Shown here piece by piece: positions 36,398 to 46,740 of a DNA stretch of 55,517 bases. Under the pieces are notes generated by a model that was not told the DNA's origin, searched no databases, and saw only the letters and a program-made list of their open reading frames with translations. This DNA is from a virus (Duplodnaviria > Caudoviricetes), in IMG/VR virus record IMGVR_UViG_3300045454_000013, positions 1-55,517 of that record; one strand, 5' to 3'. Position 1 is the stretch's first letter. Every line of letters begins with the position of its first letter. A program made the position numbers and the translations under genes.

Positions 36398-36842
36398 CCG
36401 AACCAGCCCCTCGATGCTCGAGAACCGAGCAGGCGCAGTCGACCGCGGTGATGTCGTCGCCGTTCTCGATCAGCGCCGCCCCGTTGCACGCCCCGTGCTT
36501 GCCTTCTCGACACTCACGGCAGTCATGCAGCGTCAGTTTGGTCCCAACGCCATACGGGTTCACGATCGCGATCGGCCGGGCCTCCTCGGGTGTAGACCAC
36601 CACGCAAACACGGCGGCGACAGCCTCGTCCCAGGTCTCGGCGCGCGCCGCGCGGAGGTTCTCTATTTCGTCGTCCCCGGCTCGTTTCCAGCCCAGACGCT
36701 TCATCGCTTCGATGACCAGTGCGGCGTCACTGCGGTAAGACTCGCGGCCGTCCTCGCCGAGATCTGACCACGCGACTGTGCCGGATTCGGCCTGGTCACG
36801 CGCATTCATGAACAGCGCAAGCTGCTCAACGTCGGTGCTCAT
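36390..36842 (-). CDS. Hypothetical protein
   Basis: C-terminal CREC..H..C..CAC motif. Confidence 0.6.
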   Translation of the reverse strand: MSTDVEQLALFMNARDQAESGTVAWSDLGEDGRESYRSDAALVIEAMKRLGWKRAGDDEIENLRAARAETWDEAVAAVFAWWSTPEEARPIAIVNPYGVGTKLTLHDCRECREGKHGACNGAALIENGDDITAVDCACSVLEHRGAGSDD

Positions 36843-36853
36843 CAGTGATCTCC

Positions 36854-37342
36854 TCAGAAGGGTGTGTCGTCGCCGAATTGGTTGGGCGCCGACCATGCGT
36901 CCGGCGTGGTTTCGGCTTCGGGTGTCGCCCACGAATCGGTCGACGCCGACGCCTGTCTCTGGCCCCCGCCGCCGCTCGCGGCGCGAGTGACCTGTGCGGT
37001 CGCGTAGCGCAGCGACGGGCCGATCTCGTCGACCTCGAGCTCGATGGAGGTGCGGTTGTTGCCTTCGCGGTCCTGGTAGCTGCGCTGCTTGAGGCGGCCG
37101 GTCGCGATGACCCGGGCACCCTTCGTCAGCGAGCCGGCGACGTGCTCAGCGAAGTCGCGCCAGACGCTTGCGCGGAGGAACAGCGCTTCGCCGTCCTTCC
37201 ACTCGTTGGCTTGACGGTCGAAAGTGCGCGGCGTGGATGCGATCGTGAAGTTCGCGACCGGAAGCCCGTTCTGCGTGTACCGCAGTTCGGGGTCAGCCGT
37301 GAGGTTGCCCACAACGGTGATGACGGTTTCGCCGGCCATCAC
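36854..37342 (-). CDS. ssb: Single-stranded DNA-binding protein
   Basis: [15 protein letters not shown]; acidic DDTPF C-terminus. Confidence 0.97.
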   Translation of the reverse strand: MMAGETVITVVGNLTADPELRYTQNGLPVANFTIASTPRTFDRQANEWKDGEALFLRASVWRDFAEHVAGSLTKGARVIATGRLKQRSYQDREGNNRTSIELEVDEIGPSLRYATAQVTRAASGGGGQRQASASTDSWATPEAETTPDAWSAPNQFGDDTPF

Positions 37343-37587
37343 GCGGCCGCCTCTTCACGCACGCGGGCCGCGAGATGGCCGATGAGGTCGGGGCGGAACC
37401 CTGACCACGCCTCACGGACGACCACGACCGGCGCGGACGTGAAACCGAGAGCTTTCGCTTCCGCGAGCACTGCGGGGTCGGTGAGGTCCGCGGTGTCGTA
37501 GGTGATGCCCTTCGCGTCGAGCATGGTCTTTGTCGCGTCGCACTGGACGCATCCGGGTTTCGTGAACACGGTCACGTGTGTCGTCAT
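37339..37587 (-). CDS. nrdH: NrdH-like glutaredoxin
   Basis: [20 protein letters not shown]. Confidence 0.92.
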   Translation of the reverse strand: MTTHVTVFTKPGCVQCDATKTMLDAKGITYDTADLTDPAVLAEAKALGFTSAPVVVVREAWSGFRPDLIGHLAARVREEAAA

Positions 37588-37901
37588 GCTGATTTCCTTC
37601 CGTACCAGTCGCGCTCGAGCGCGCGGCTGAGCTTTCCCACCAAGGAGTCCCGGTGGTGTTTTCTTGCGAGTCGCTGCAGGCGTTGCAGCGACGTCGACAG
37701 TTCGTTCGCGACGATCCACGCTGCGGTCCCGCCGTCGAGAAGCCATTCGGCTTCGTCCAGAAGCTCGGCCGTCGTCAGCCGGGCGGACTCGACAGGCTTC
37801 GGTGGTTCCGGCCACACGTGTCCGCCGAAGGTGTGGCGGGCCCGGTGCGCGCGGACCTCAGCGGATTGGAAGTACTCGGCGAACCCTTCTGCCCAGGTCA
37901 T
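37584..37901 (-). CDS. Hypothetical HTH-like protein
   Basis: ATGA-coupled; HTH-like C-terminus. Confidence 0.6.
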   Translation of the reverse strand: MTWAEGFAEYFQSAEVRAHRARHTFGGHVWPEPPKPVESARLTTAELLDEAEWLLDGGTAAWIVANELSTSLQRLQRLARKHHRDSLVGKLSRALERDWYGRKSA

Positions 37902-39232
37902 GGCTGCTCCGTCCAGTCGACCGCCCGGGAGTACTCGCCTTCCCAGCGCAAGTGAGCTTCGGCGGTGCGGCCGTGCCGGTTCTTCGGCACATCTACGACC
38001 AGCTCGTCGATGTAGATCCGGGCTCCGTCGCGGCGGATCGTGTGCCCGAGATGGGTGGGGTGGTCGCAGTCCTCGCAGGAGCGACGGTGCAGCAGCAGGA
38101 CGACATCCGCGTCCTGCTCGATCGCGCCGGACTCCCGAAGATCCGACAGCGCGGGGCGTCTGCTCGCGCGTTTCTCGAGCTCACGGTTCAGCTGCGAAAG
38201 GACGATCACGGGAACGCGGAGATCCTTCGCGAGGATCTTCAGCTGCCGTGAGAATTCGGCGACCTGCAGGTGCCGATCCAGATTCGATCGGCCGCTCATC
38301 AGCTGGAGATAGTCCACGACGACACCGGCGAGGGTGCCCTTACGTGCGACCTCCGCCGCGTGCGCACGGACATCCATCGCTGTAACGTCGGTCCGGTCGT
38401 CGATCGCGACCTGCAGGGCGGTGATCTCAGCTCGGCGCGCGCTGATCTGCTCCCAGTCAGACGCGGTCAGCTTGTTGTCCTTCAGGTGGGTGACGTGGAC
38501 GCCGGCGATGTCGGAGACCATCCGGGCGACCAACTCGGTGCGGGACATCTCGAGCGACGACAGCGCTACCGTCCCGTTGGCCGCCAAGCATCGGGCGATC
38601 TGCGCGCCGAGCACAGACTTGCCTTCGCCGGGGCGCGCGCCGACGACGTAGACCGCGCCGGGACGGAATCCGCCGATGATCTCGTTCAGCGACCACCACG
38701 GCGAAGGGACGAACGTCTGCTTCGAGTCAAGCTGCGCGATCAGTTCGTTGAATGCGTCACCGGCGAATGTGATCTGCTGCTTGCGTTCCGCCGCGACGGC
38801 GTCGAGTTCCTCGCGGGCCTGCTCGACAAGCGCCATGACGCTCTCCGCGCCGCTGTACCCCGCGTTGTGGATGCGCCCGCCGGCTTCGACGAGCCGGCGG
38901 CGTACAGCCCGGTCGCGGACGATATCGGCGTAGTACGCGGCGTTCGTAGCGGTCGGCACCATGTCGGTCAGGGTGTGGAGATACTCCGCGCCGCCAGCGC
39001 GTTGCAGCTCACCGGTCTTGATGAGTTCGTCCGTGACGGTGAGAGCGTCCACCGGTTCACCGCGGCCGAGTAGTGCTCGCGCAGCGTCGAAAATGACCTC
39101 ATGCTTCGGGACGTAGAAGTCACTGCCGACAAGCGTCGAGACGCATTCGATCGCGGCTTGCGGTGAAAGCAGCATCGCGCCGAGAACCGCGGCTTCCGCG
39201 GCGGCGTCGTGAGGCATCACACGTTCGGTCAT
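37898..39232 (-). CDS. dnaB: Replicative DNA helicase (DnaB-like)
   Basis: AEAAVLGAML, GARPGEGKS, SLEMS, VDYLQL, LSQLNR, DLRESGAIEQDAD, KNRHG. Confidence 0.95.
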   Translation of the reverse strand: MTERVMPHDAAAEAAVLGAMLLSPQAAIECVSTLVGSDFYVPKHEVIFDAARALLGRGEPVDALTVTDELIKTGELQRAGGAEYLHTLTDMVPTATNAAYYADIVRDRAVRRRLVEAGGRIHNAGYSGAESVMALVEQAREELDAVAAERKQQITFAGDAFNELIAQLDSKQTFVPSPWWSLNEIIGGFRPGAVYVVGARPGEGKSVLGAQIARCLAANGTVALSSLEMSRTELVARMVSDIAGVHVTHLKDNKLTASDWEQISARRAEITALQVAIDDRTDVTAMDVRAHAAEVARKGTLAGVVVDYLQLMSGRSNLDRHLQVAEFSRQLKILAKDLRVPVIVLSQLNRELEKRASRRPALSDLRESGAIEQDADVVLLLHRRSCEDCDHPTHLGHTIRRDGARIYIDELVVDVPKNRHGRTAEAHLRWEGEYSRAVDWTEQP

Positions 39233-39999
39233 CCGACGACCTCCTTCGGTGGGGTGTTCTGCCGGGCGGGCGCGCCGAACCGGGCGATGTCGCGGAGCGC
39301 GAACTCTTCCTGCTTCCGCATCCCGTTGCGCCAGGTCGCGACCCAGTCGGACTTGTAGCCGGCCTTGCCCGCGACACCGGTCCAGTAGTCGATCCACTCG
39401 CCGAGCTTCTTGTCGACGTCAACGTGCGGTGTCTCGCGCGCAGCCCAGTCACGGAGGTCGTCGGTGATCTTGAAATCACGGGGAACCCGAGTGCCGCGCG
39501 TTCGGCGCGGCTTGGATTCCGACTCTTTAGAGTCGGTATCGGTCGGGTCGGGTCGGGTCGGGTCGGGAGGATTCGCACCCGATTCGGGTATGCGATCGGT
39601 ATCCGATTCGGATGACTGATCGCACCAGGGGCAACCAGCGACTTTCAGGCGTCTTTTCGCGTGCCAGCGCAGGTGATTGCCGTGCTGGCCACCCTCTGAC
39701 TTCGCTCCTCGCGCTGCCTCGATCGACTCCGCGTCGGGGTTGTACTTCGTCCAGTTGTGGAACTGTGCTCCCTCGTCGACGCGCTCCCACAGGCCGACGG
39801 TCATGAGCGCATCGACGAGCTCTGGCGTGCCGCCGAAGTCCTCGATCATGTAGTCCGGGACCAGGCCGTTGAGCCCCTCGGCGGCTGACCAGGAACCGGC
39901 GAGGGTCCACAAGCCGATCGCGGCGAGCCGCTGATCCTTCGGGATGCGCTTGACCTTGCGGGACGAATGGAATCGGTCGTCAACCTTCAGCCAGGCCAT
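39229..39999 (-). CDS. Phage replication initiator-like protein
   Basis: WLKVDD..FHNW N-terminal domain, PDPTRPDPT linker, DWVATWRN C-terminus; upstream of the helicase. Confidence 0.8.
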   Translation of the reverse strand: MAWLKVDDRFHSSRKVKRIPKDQRLAAIGLWTLAGSWSAAEGLNGLVPDYMIEDFGGTPELVDALMTVGLWERVDEGAQFHNWTKYNPDAESIEAARGAKSEGGQHGNHLRWHAKRRLKVAGCPWCDQSSESDTDRIPESGANPPDPTRPDPTDTDSKESESKPRRTRGTRVPRDFKITDDLRDWAARETPHVDVDKKLGEWIDYWTGVAGKAGYKSDWVATWRNGMRKQEEFALRDIARFGAPARQNTPPKEVVG

Positions 40000-40172
40000 C
40001 AGTCGTTCCCTTCGAGGTGCGCGGCAACAACATCGGCGGGGATGCCTGTGAGGTTCACGATCCGCCCAAACGGCACGCCGTTCTCGGCCGCCAGCCGCAC
40101 GTACATGCCCGCGTGCGGGTCCCCGGATGTCACCATCCGCAGGTAGTCCTCAGCGATCTGCTGCTTCGTCAT
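39999..40172 (-). CDS. Small hypothetical protein
   Basis: Coupled at both ends. Confidence 0.55.
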   Translation of the reverse strand: MTKQQIAEDYLRMVTSGDPHAGMYVRLAAENGVPFGRIVNLTGIPADVVAAHLEGND

Positions 40173-40750
40173 CGCCGACCCCTCGATCGCGCGGCCGCCA
40201 TGGTGTCGTCGGCGAGCTGCTTCCAGTGGAAGTACTGGTCGCCGTACACGGCATGCATCATGTCGAGCGCTTCGATGTTCGATACCTGCTCGCGTGTGTC
40301 GCCGGTCAGGCGGAACCATGCCCGCTCGGCCCGGTAGAACACGGGAACGCGGGCGACGTCATCGACCCAGATCGGCACCTTCACGCCGAGCACTTTCGCG
40401 ACGGTCTGCCAGTCGGCGTCAGCTTCGATGTGCCCGTTCATGAGCGAGTCGAGCCACAGGACGTTCACCGAGCGGTGCTTGTCGGCGCGGCCGCCCATGC
40501 CGCCCTGACGGTGCTGCGGCACGAGACGCTCCGTGTCGGTCGCGGTCATCACGCAGACGTGACCGTCGCGCTCGAGCATGATGGCCAGGGCTTTGCGGGG
40601 TACTCGGTCGGCCACAGTGTTCCTTCCGTCATGGCAGGTGCAGGCGTAGCGCCGGGCGCAGCCGTATGGGGTCTTGCAGCACGACGGCAGGCACGTCCCG
40701 GCATTGCGCCGGGGGATTGTCGGTGGTGCGTAGAAGTCGCCCTGCCTCAT
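40169..40750 (-). CDS. HNH-like protein, degenerate; alternative start at 40615
   Basis: ERDGHVCV..QHRQGGMGG..N.LWL. Confidence 0.55.
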   Translation of the reverse strand: MRQGDFYAPPTIPRRNAGTCLPSCCKTPYGCARRYACTCHDGRNTVADRVPRKALAIMLERDGHVCVMTATDTERLVPQHRQGGMGGRADKHRSVNVLWLDSLMNGHIEADADWQTVAKVLGVKVPIWVDDVARVPVFYRAERAWFRLTGDTREQVSNIEALDMMHAVYGDQYFHWKQLADDTMAAARSRGRR

Positions 40751-42566
40751 GCCGCCAACCTCCAGTCGATCTCGTAGCCGAGGGACTCGACGCACGCGGC
40801 GATGATGTCGCGCGCGGCGTTCGGGGTGACCGCGTTGCCGGCCATCCGTACTCGCTCACGCTTGTTGCCGAGGAGGATGTACTCGCCGGGGAACGCCATG
40901 CCCCGTTTGATCTCGTCGGGCTCGAGCATCCTGAACTCCGCGTCGTACACGAGCTGCCAGATCTCGTCGTCGGTCAGGGTCTCCGCGGGTCCCGGGAGAG
41001 TGTCGGTGTCGACGAGAGACTGGTTGCCCTGCGCGGTGAGCGTGCGTAGCGGCTCAAGGGCGGGGGTGGCCATACTCGCCATCTGGCCTCGGCTGTTCTG
41101 CTGACGGATCACGAGGGCGTGGTGGTTGCCGTTCGCCGCGACCGTGTCGATCGGTTCGCCGACGTCCTTCGCGGTGCCGTGGTTGCGGAGCGGCACTACC
41201 AGCGCGTCTGTCTCGCGCGTGGTGCGTGTAGGCATGGGCCGATCCGTCGGGGCCGCATCCGCGCGCCACGTGCCACCTACTGGAACGAGCAGGCCGGTCT
41301 CGTTCCTCGTCGACTGTGTGCGCAGCGGGTCGGTAGCTCGACGCACGGTCTTTCCGTCACGGCCCTCGACGGGCACAAGCAGAGAATGCGGGCTCGACGC
41401 CGTGATCGCCCCGATCGGTTCAGTGACCGGCTTCGACATCTGCCCCTGATCACCGCGAGCGGTCATGTTCCGCATCACGAGAGGAGTAGCGAGGAACTGG
41501 CTGCCCGCCGCGGTGATTGCGCCGATCGGTGACTCGACCGGGCGCGCTGGGGTCGTGTAGTCCGCAGCGGCTCGTCGACGGGCCACACACGGTAGTACGC
41601 ATCGGGGTCGGTGTGCTGCGGATGCCGTGGTGACGTCGCGTCGTACGTGTTCCCCGCGGCCTCGATGATCGCGGGCACCCAGTGACGCTTCACACCATGG
41701 AAGGTGCGGAGCATCGTCTTCTCCGCGAGCTCGTCCATGCCGAGCTTCTTGCGGTCGCCGATGCGGATGCCGCGGTGGGACCAGTCGATGATCGTGTCCG
41801 CCCCTGCCACCGGCGGGAACACCTCCGTGTTGCAGGACGGGTGCGGGCACCGCAGCGTGTACTGGGCCCCATACGTCTTCATCGGCGAGCCCTTCGGCTT
41901 CATCACCTGGGCCGACTGGATGAGCCCATGCTCGGGGCATATCGCCTGCGGCCGCAGCCACTTCTCGAAGTCGGGGCGGCGGTTACCGGCACGCCAGAAC
42001 ACGACGTAGACCCGGTCACGGGACTGCGGAGCGCCGGGGCCGAGGGTCTGCGCGTGCATGCTGTTGAGCCAGAGGACCTCGTGCAGGTACCCGAGGTCGC
42101 GCATCGAGACCAACCACCGGTTCCAGTGGACGCCCTTCACCACGCGGGGAACGTTCTCGACGATCACGATGTCGTACAGGTGATGGGCCGCGAAGCGTGG
42201 GACATCCCACATGCCCATCCGGGACCGGTCCGCGGCCTCGTTCGGCAGGGAGTCGCCGAAGAAGTCCCACGCAAGCTGACCGTCGGGGAGCTTCTCGCCG
42301 CGCGCCTGGGACCAGTACGTGCACTCCGGGCTGAACCACCCGATCGTCGTCCGCGGGTACCGGCGAGGGTCGGCCTTGTTGATGTCGGCCTTGTCATGGT
42401 CGGTGTCGGGATGATTCGTGTTGTGCGTCTCGATCGCGAGATCCCAGTGGTTCACCGCCATGGCCACGCGCACACCGGCCGCGACAGCACCGGTCGAGGA
42501 TCCGCCAGCGCCGCAGTAGAAGTCGCTCATGGACACGTCCGACGTGCCGATCCGCGGGGTCATCAC
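40747..42566 (-). pseudogene. C5-cytosine DNA methyltransferase split by a frameshift near 41560
   Basis: DFYCGAGG, SPECT, VENV, QSRDR in 41475-42566; RMLEPDE and GNAV in the 40747 frame. Confidence 0.85.
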
Positions 42567-42693
42567 ACGACCTCTGCCGTGATCAGGAGCCGGCTGCCGT
42601 CGTAGAACGTGACGAGCAGATGCCGATCTCCCAGTTGCTCGGAGAAGTCGACATCGCTGAAGTGGATGAGCTCCCGCAGGCGATCGATGGGGT

Positions 42694-45309
42694 TCACGCG
42701 AGACTCCCTTCGAGGTCGAGAAGATCGAACAGTGTCGGGATGCTGGCTTCGGCGTCGTGCCGGCGCAGATAGGTCACGGAGTCCGCGACAGAGACCGGGT
42801 TCAGCTCGGACCCGTACCCGATCCGGCCCTGCCTGACCGCCTCAAGCGCTGTCGACCCGAGCCCTGAGAACGGGTCGTAGACGACATCGCCGGGGTTGGA
42901 GTACATGCGGATCAGGCGTCGAGGGATCTCGAGCGGGAACGGGCAGATGTGCTGCTCCACGTTCCGTCTGGCCTGCTCACTGTTGAGCGTCTCGATGCGG
43001 AGAATGTCGTGCCACACGTCCGGGCGCCACGAGCCAGGCACGAGCGCCGCGAACGTCCCAGGGAGCGCGCGCTGCTCCAACAGGCGCTCCCCGAGAGCTA
43101 CGTGCGCTTCGTGGTCGTACACCGACCGGAGCGACTGCTCCGTGAACAGATGCGACCGGGCGCCGGGTTCCAGCTGCGCGAGCTCGTCGACGGACAGGAG
43201 CCTGTCGCCGCCCGCGCGCCAGTCGCCGGCGGCGTCGTTCTGCCACCTGGCGACCGTGTAGTCCTCGGCGGACTTCACCACGCGCTCGTCAGCCCAGCCA
43301 ACAGACCTGTCCGTCTGCGGCTTGTGGAACAGCAGCACATACTCGGGCGAGCCGACACCCATCGGGGTGTGATCGCGGAGCATCTTCGAGAACGACAGCC
43401 GGTAGGACTGGTTGTTCTCCCGCACGACGTCGGTGGTGACGGTGATCATGCCGTAGTAGTCGAAGCCGTGCTGCGTGTAGTGCGCGATCGCTTCGGCGTG
43501 CAGGGGCGAGACGGTGTACACGCCCTTCCCGGTGACCGACCCGAACAGCAGCCGGTCCTTCACGTGCACCGCGAGAATCCGCCCAGGCTTGAGGACTTTC
43601 AGTAGCGATGGGGTGAGGTAGTCCATCTGCCACCAGAAGTGCGCGTTGTCGTCGGTGTGGCCGAGGTCGGCGTAGTTCGGGGAGTACTCGTAGTGGTTCC
43701 CGAACGGGATGGACGTGACGATCAGGCCGACGCTGTTCTCGGCGATGTGGTCGCGGGCTTCCACGATGGAGTCGTTCAGCGCGATCGTCCACGACTCACC
43801 CGTGAAAACCTCCCGCTCGATGCCCATGGCGCGGGTCAGCTCGGCACTGATCGACTTCGGCGACAGGCCATGCTCCCGGAGGATTTCGCTCATGGTGTCG
43901 GTGAGCGCTTCGTCCTCCTGCCACTTGCTGAGGAGGTTCTCGCGGACCTCGGATTCGGTCTCGGCGTAGATCAGGTGCACCCGGCACTCATGACGCTGGC
44001 CGAACCGGTGGATGCGGTGCACCGCCTGGATGGTCTGCTCGTACTTGTGCGTGATGCCAACGAACACGGCCGTCGAGCACTGCTGCAGGTTCAGGCCGCG
44101 GCCGAGCATCTGCGGCTTCCCGATCAGCGCGTACGTCTCACCGTCCAGCCACCGTTTCAGCTCGAACTCAACGTCCTCGTCGGACATCGACCCGCGAATG
44201 GACGAGAAGGTGATGTTCTGTTCCGCGAGGGTCTGCTCGAGCGCGTCCTGTTCGTCGTTCAGGTCGCACCAGAGGATGATCTGCCCGGTCTCGTCGACGT
44301 CGCCCCAGTGGTTTGCGATGATGTGCCACGCTCGCGCGACTCGCGCGTCGATGGTGCGGCGCTTCTCGCGGGCGGCATCCGGCAGCGACATCGCGCCGCC
44401 ACGCACGAGCACGCCCTGGCCGTCGCGCTCCACCTGATCCGACAGGATCCCGACGTCGACCGGCTCCCACTCCACCGACAGTGCCGGCAGCGCGTACCCC
44501 TCATCGGAGTAGCCGAGGTCTGATGGTCGCTGGATGAAGCACGCCCACGTGTTCAGCCACAGCCAGAACTCGCGCCGCTTGTGCGGGTACAGGCGCAGGT
44601 CGCCGGCCTTGTCGGGGTTGCGTTGGAAGAACCGTGTGAGGGCCTGGCCGGTGTCCATGATCCCGAGGAACCCGGCGTAGTGAATCAGTTCCTTGTGACG
44701 GTTCGGTGATGGCGTGGCCGTAGCGACGAACCGGTACGGCACCGCGGCGAACAGAGGCACGAACCGCTGGTAGGTTTCGGATCCGAACGAGCGGAGCACA
44801 GCGGCTTCGTCGAGCGACACAGCCATGAACAGGCCTGGGTCCAGCTTCCCGTCCCGCACCGACTCGTAGTTCGTCACGTAGATGCCATCCCATTCGGGGT
44901 CTACCTCGTCGGTGTGCCGCACGAATCGGACCTCGATGTCGAGGAGGTCACGGCCGTCGCGGATGATGTCGAAGCGGACGCCGAGAGGCGCGACGATCAG
45001 CCCGCGGCGTGGCCCCGGGGCGCGATTGGGCGCGTGCTTGACGATCAGCCGCAGGATCTCCAGCTGCATGACCGACTTGCCGAGCCCGTATCGGGCGAAG
45101 ATCGCGCGCCGCCCGCCGGTGACAGCCCACTTCACGATGTCGGCCTGGTGCGGCTTGTAGTCCGGGTGACCGGGCCGCATGATCGGCGACAGCCACTCGT
45201 CGTCTACCTCGAATCCGAACGACCGGTCGAACGCGACCTTCTCGCGCAGGAACGCGTCGTAGTCGAGCGAGCCGTTGTTGCCGTTGTGGAGAGCCAGCAG
45301 AGGAGTCAC
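42694..45309 (-). CDS. SNF2-like helicase fused to an N4/N6 DNA methyltransferase
   Basis: YGLGKS, LDEA, TATPSPN, GRGLNLQ, RIHRFGQ; then TSIPF, HICP, DPFSGLGST. Confidence 0.9.
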   Translation of the reverse strand: MTPLLALHNGNNGSLDYDAFLREKVAFDRSFGFEVDDEWLSPIMRPGHPDYKPHQADIVKWAVTGGRRAIFARYGLGKSVMQLEILRLIVKHAPNRAPGPRRGLIVAPLGVRFDIIRDGRDLLDIEVRFVRHTDEVDPEWDGIYVTNYESVRDGKLDPGLFMAVSLDEAAVLRSFGSETYQRFVPLFAAVPYRFVATATPSPNRHKELIHYAGFLGIMDTGQALTRFFQRNPDKAGDLRLYPHKRREFWLWLNTWACFIQRPSDLGYSDEGYALPALSVEWEPVDVGILSDQVERDGQGVLVRGGAMSLPDAAREKRRTIDARVARAWHIIANHWGDVDETGQIILWCDLNDEQDALEQTLAEQNITFSSIRGSMSDEDVEFELKRWLDGETYALIGKPQMLGRGLNLQQCSTAVFVGITHKYEQTIQAVHRIHRFGQRHECRVHLIYAETESEVRENLLSKWQEDEALTDTMSEILREHGLSPKSISAELTRAMGIEREVFTGESWTIALNDSIVEARDHIAENSVGLIVTSIPFGNHYEYSPNYADLGHTDDNAHFWWQMDYLTPSLLKVLKPGRILAVHVKDRLLFGSVTGKGVYTVSPLHAEAIAHYTQHGFDYYGMITVTTDVVRENNQSYRLSFSKMLRDHTPMGVGSPEYVLLFHKPQTDRSVGWADERVVKSAEDYTVARWQNDAAGDWRAGGDRLLSVDELAQLEPGARSHLFTEQSLRSVYDHEAHVALGERLLEQRALPGTFAALVPGSWRPDVWHDILRIETLNSEQARRNVEQHICPFPLEIPRRLIRMYSNPGDVVYDPFSGLGSTALEAVRQGRIGYGSELNPVSVADSVTYLRRHDAEASIPTLFDLLDLEGSLA

Positions 45310-45731
45310 AGGTCCACTCCGCCCTGGAGGAGGGTCACGAGAGCGTCGAGCGTCATGGTGACGTACTGTTCGGCCGGGTCCGTGGTGCCGCGCTTCTTGT
45401 GCACGACGACGCCGACTACCGCGTCGTCGTTGCCGCGCTCGGCTTCTGCTTCGCGGACCCATCCGGGAAGGTCCAGCTTCGTGGTGTCCTTGCATTCGAT
45501 GACGACACGGCCGCCGCGGATCGTGCGGACGCCGGCGATGTCGCCGCGGTCCTGGGACCCGCGCTTCACGCGCCGGTCGATCCGGTCGTCGTCGAGCTGG
45601 GTGGCGAGGTAGTCGGCGACGAGGCGTTCGAAGTTCCTGCCGGCCGCTTTCGCGCGCGCTCTGGACCGGCGCGGCTTGACGGCCGCGGCTGGATCGGTCT
45701 GCACCTGTTCGGGGAAGATGGGGATGCTCAT
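45306..45731 (-). CDS. Holliday junction resolvase-like PD-(D/E)XK nuclease
   Basis: GRNFER, GDI, IECKD. Confidence 0.8.
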   Translation of the reverse strand: MSIPIFPEQVQTDPAAAVKPRRSRARAKAAGRNFERLVADYLATQLDDDRIDRRVKRGSQDRGDIAGVRTIRGGRVVIECKDTTKLDLPGWVREAEAERGNDDAVVGVVVHKKRGTTDPAEQYVTMTLDALVTLLQGGVDL

Positions 45732-45762
45732 GATGCCTCCTGCTGGGGAGCGATTGGGTACA

Positions 45763-45795
45763 GGGGCCGGTCTCGCCGGAATCGAGACCGGCCCC
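45763..45795. terminator. Intergenic stem-loop
   Basis: 13-bp stem GGGGCCGGTCTCG/CGAGACCGGCCCC. Confidence 0.55.
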
Positions 45796-45834
45796 GCTCA
45801 GACCGCCGAAGGGGAAGCCCCGGCGGACGGTGTG

Positions 45835-46740
45835 TTACGGCTTGCCGCGGAACAACGGGACATCCCCGATGCCGTCGTGCACACGTGTCTCCACGAGCGC
45901 ACCGTCCGGCCCGGGCAGGTTCTCCGTCCGCCCCGTCTGGATCTCGGTCACGATGTCCGCGAACGCGGCATCCAGGACGTTCTCCGGGCGTTCGAGCTTG
46001 AAACCGAGGAGCACCTGCCCGCCGCGAAGCCGATACCGGAAGTTCGCCCAGATCGCGTAGATCGGACCCCCGATGTACGGCCGCAACGCGAGCCGGATCT
46101 TCTTCGGGATCTCGATGTCACCCCTCTGGCCGGCCTTCGCAGTCGTCGTCTCCTTGAACGTGAGCTTCACGTCGCCGGAGTCGAGGCGGACACCGGAGTC
46201 GAACTCGACACCGGTCTTCGCCTGGAACGTCGTCGCGATGTCGATCAGCAGCGCGGGCTCCGGTTCGACCACGTCGATGTACCGGTCGTCGAGGAACTCG
46301 GCGAAGGCCTGCTGGTCGAACAGGTGCCCGTCGGCGGCCTCCCACGCGAGCCACGGCTTCGACTTCTCCAGTTCCAGCTTCAGCTTGTGCTTCTGCCAGC
46401 CCGGTTCGCCGTCCGTGCCCTCATGGGAGTCGATGACCGCGACGACGGTCGACGTGTTCGTGTGCGCGTACACCTCCGTGCCTTCGAGCCGATGCCGGTT
46501 CACATAGGCGACGAACGACGCGGCGTCCGTCACCGTCCGGGATCCCGACACATGCCGCGGGGTCTTGGCGTACTCGTCGGTGCTGAGCACCTTGATGCCG
46601 CCGTTGCCGTCGAGCACGCCGTACAGTTCGCCGGCGTCCAGTACCGCGGGTTCCGCGGCCAGCGCGCCGAGCGCCGCAGCAGACTCGGTCTCGTTCTCCG
46701 CCCGCTGGTCGCCGAGCGTGTTCTGGTCGCTGATGCTCAT
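45835..46740 (-). CDS. DUF2303 (YfdQ-like) protein
   Basis: SFVAYVNRH, PGWQKH, QQAFAEFLDD, RYRL. Confidence 0.85.
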   Translation of the reverse strand: MSISDQNTLGDQRAENETESAAALGALAAEPAVLDAGELYGVLDGNGGIKVLSTDEYAKTPRHVSGSRTVTDAASFVAYVNRHRLEGTEVYAHTNTSTVVAVIDSHEGTDGEPGWQKHKLKLELEKSKPWLAWEAADGHLFDQQAFAEFLDDRYIDVVEPEPALLIDIATTFQAKTGVEFDSGVRLDSGDVKLTFKETTTAKAGQRGDIEIPKKIRLALRPYIGGPIYAIWANFRYRLRGGQVLLGFKLERPENVLDAAFADIVTEIQTGRTENLPGPDGALVETRVHDGIGDVPLFRGKP

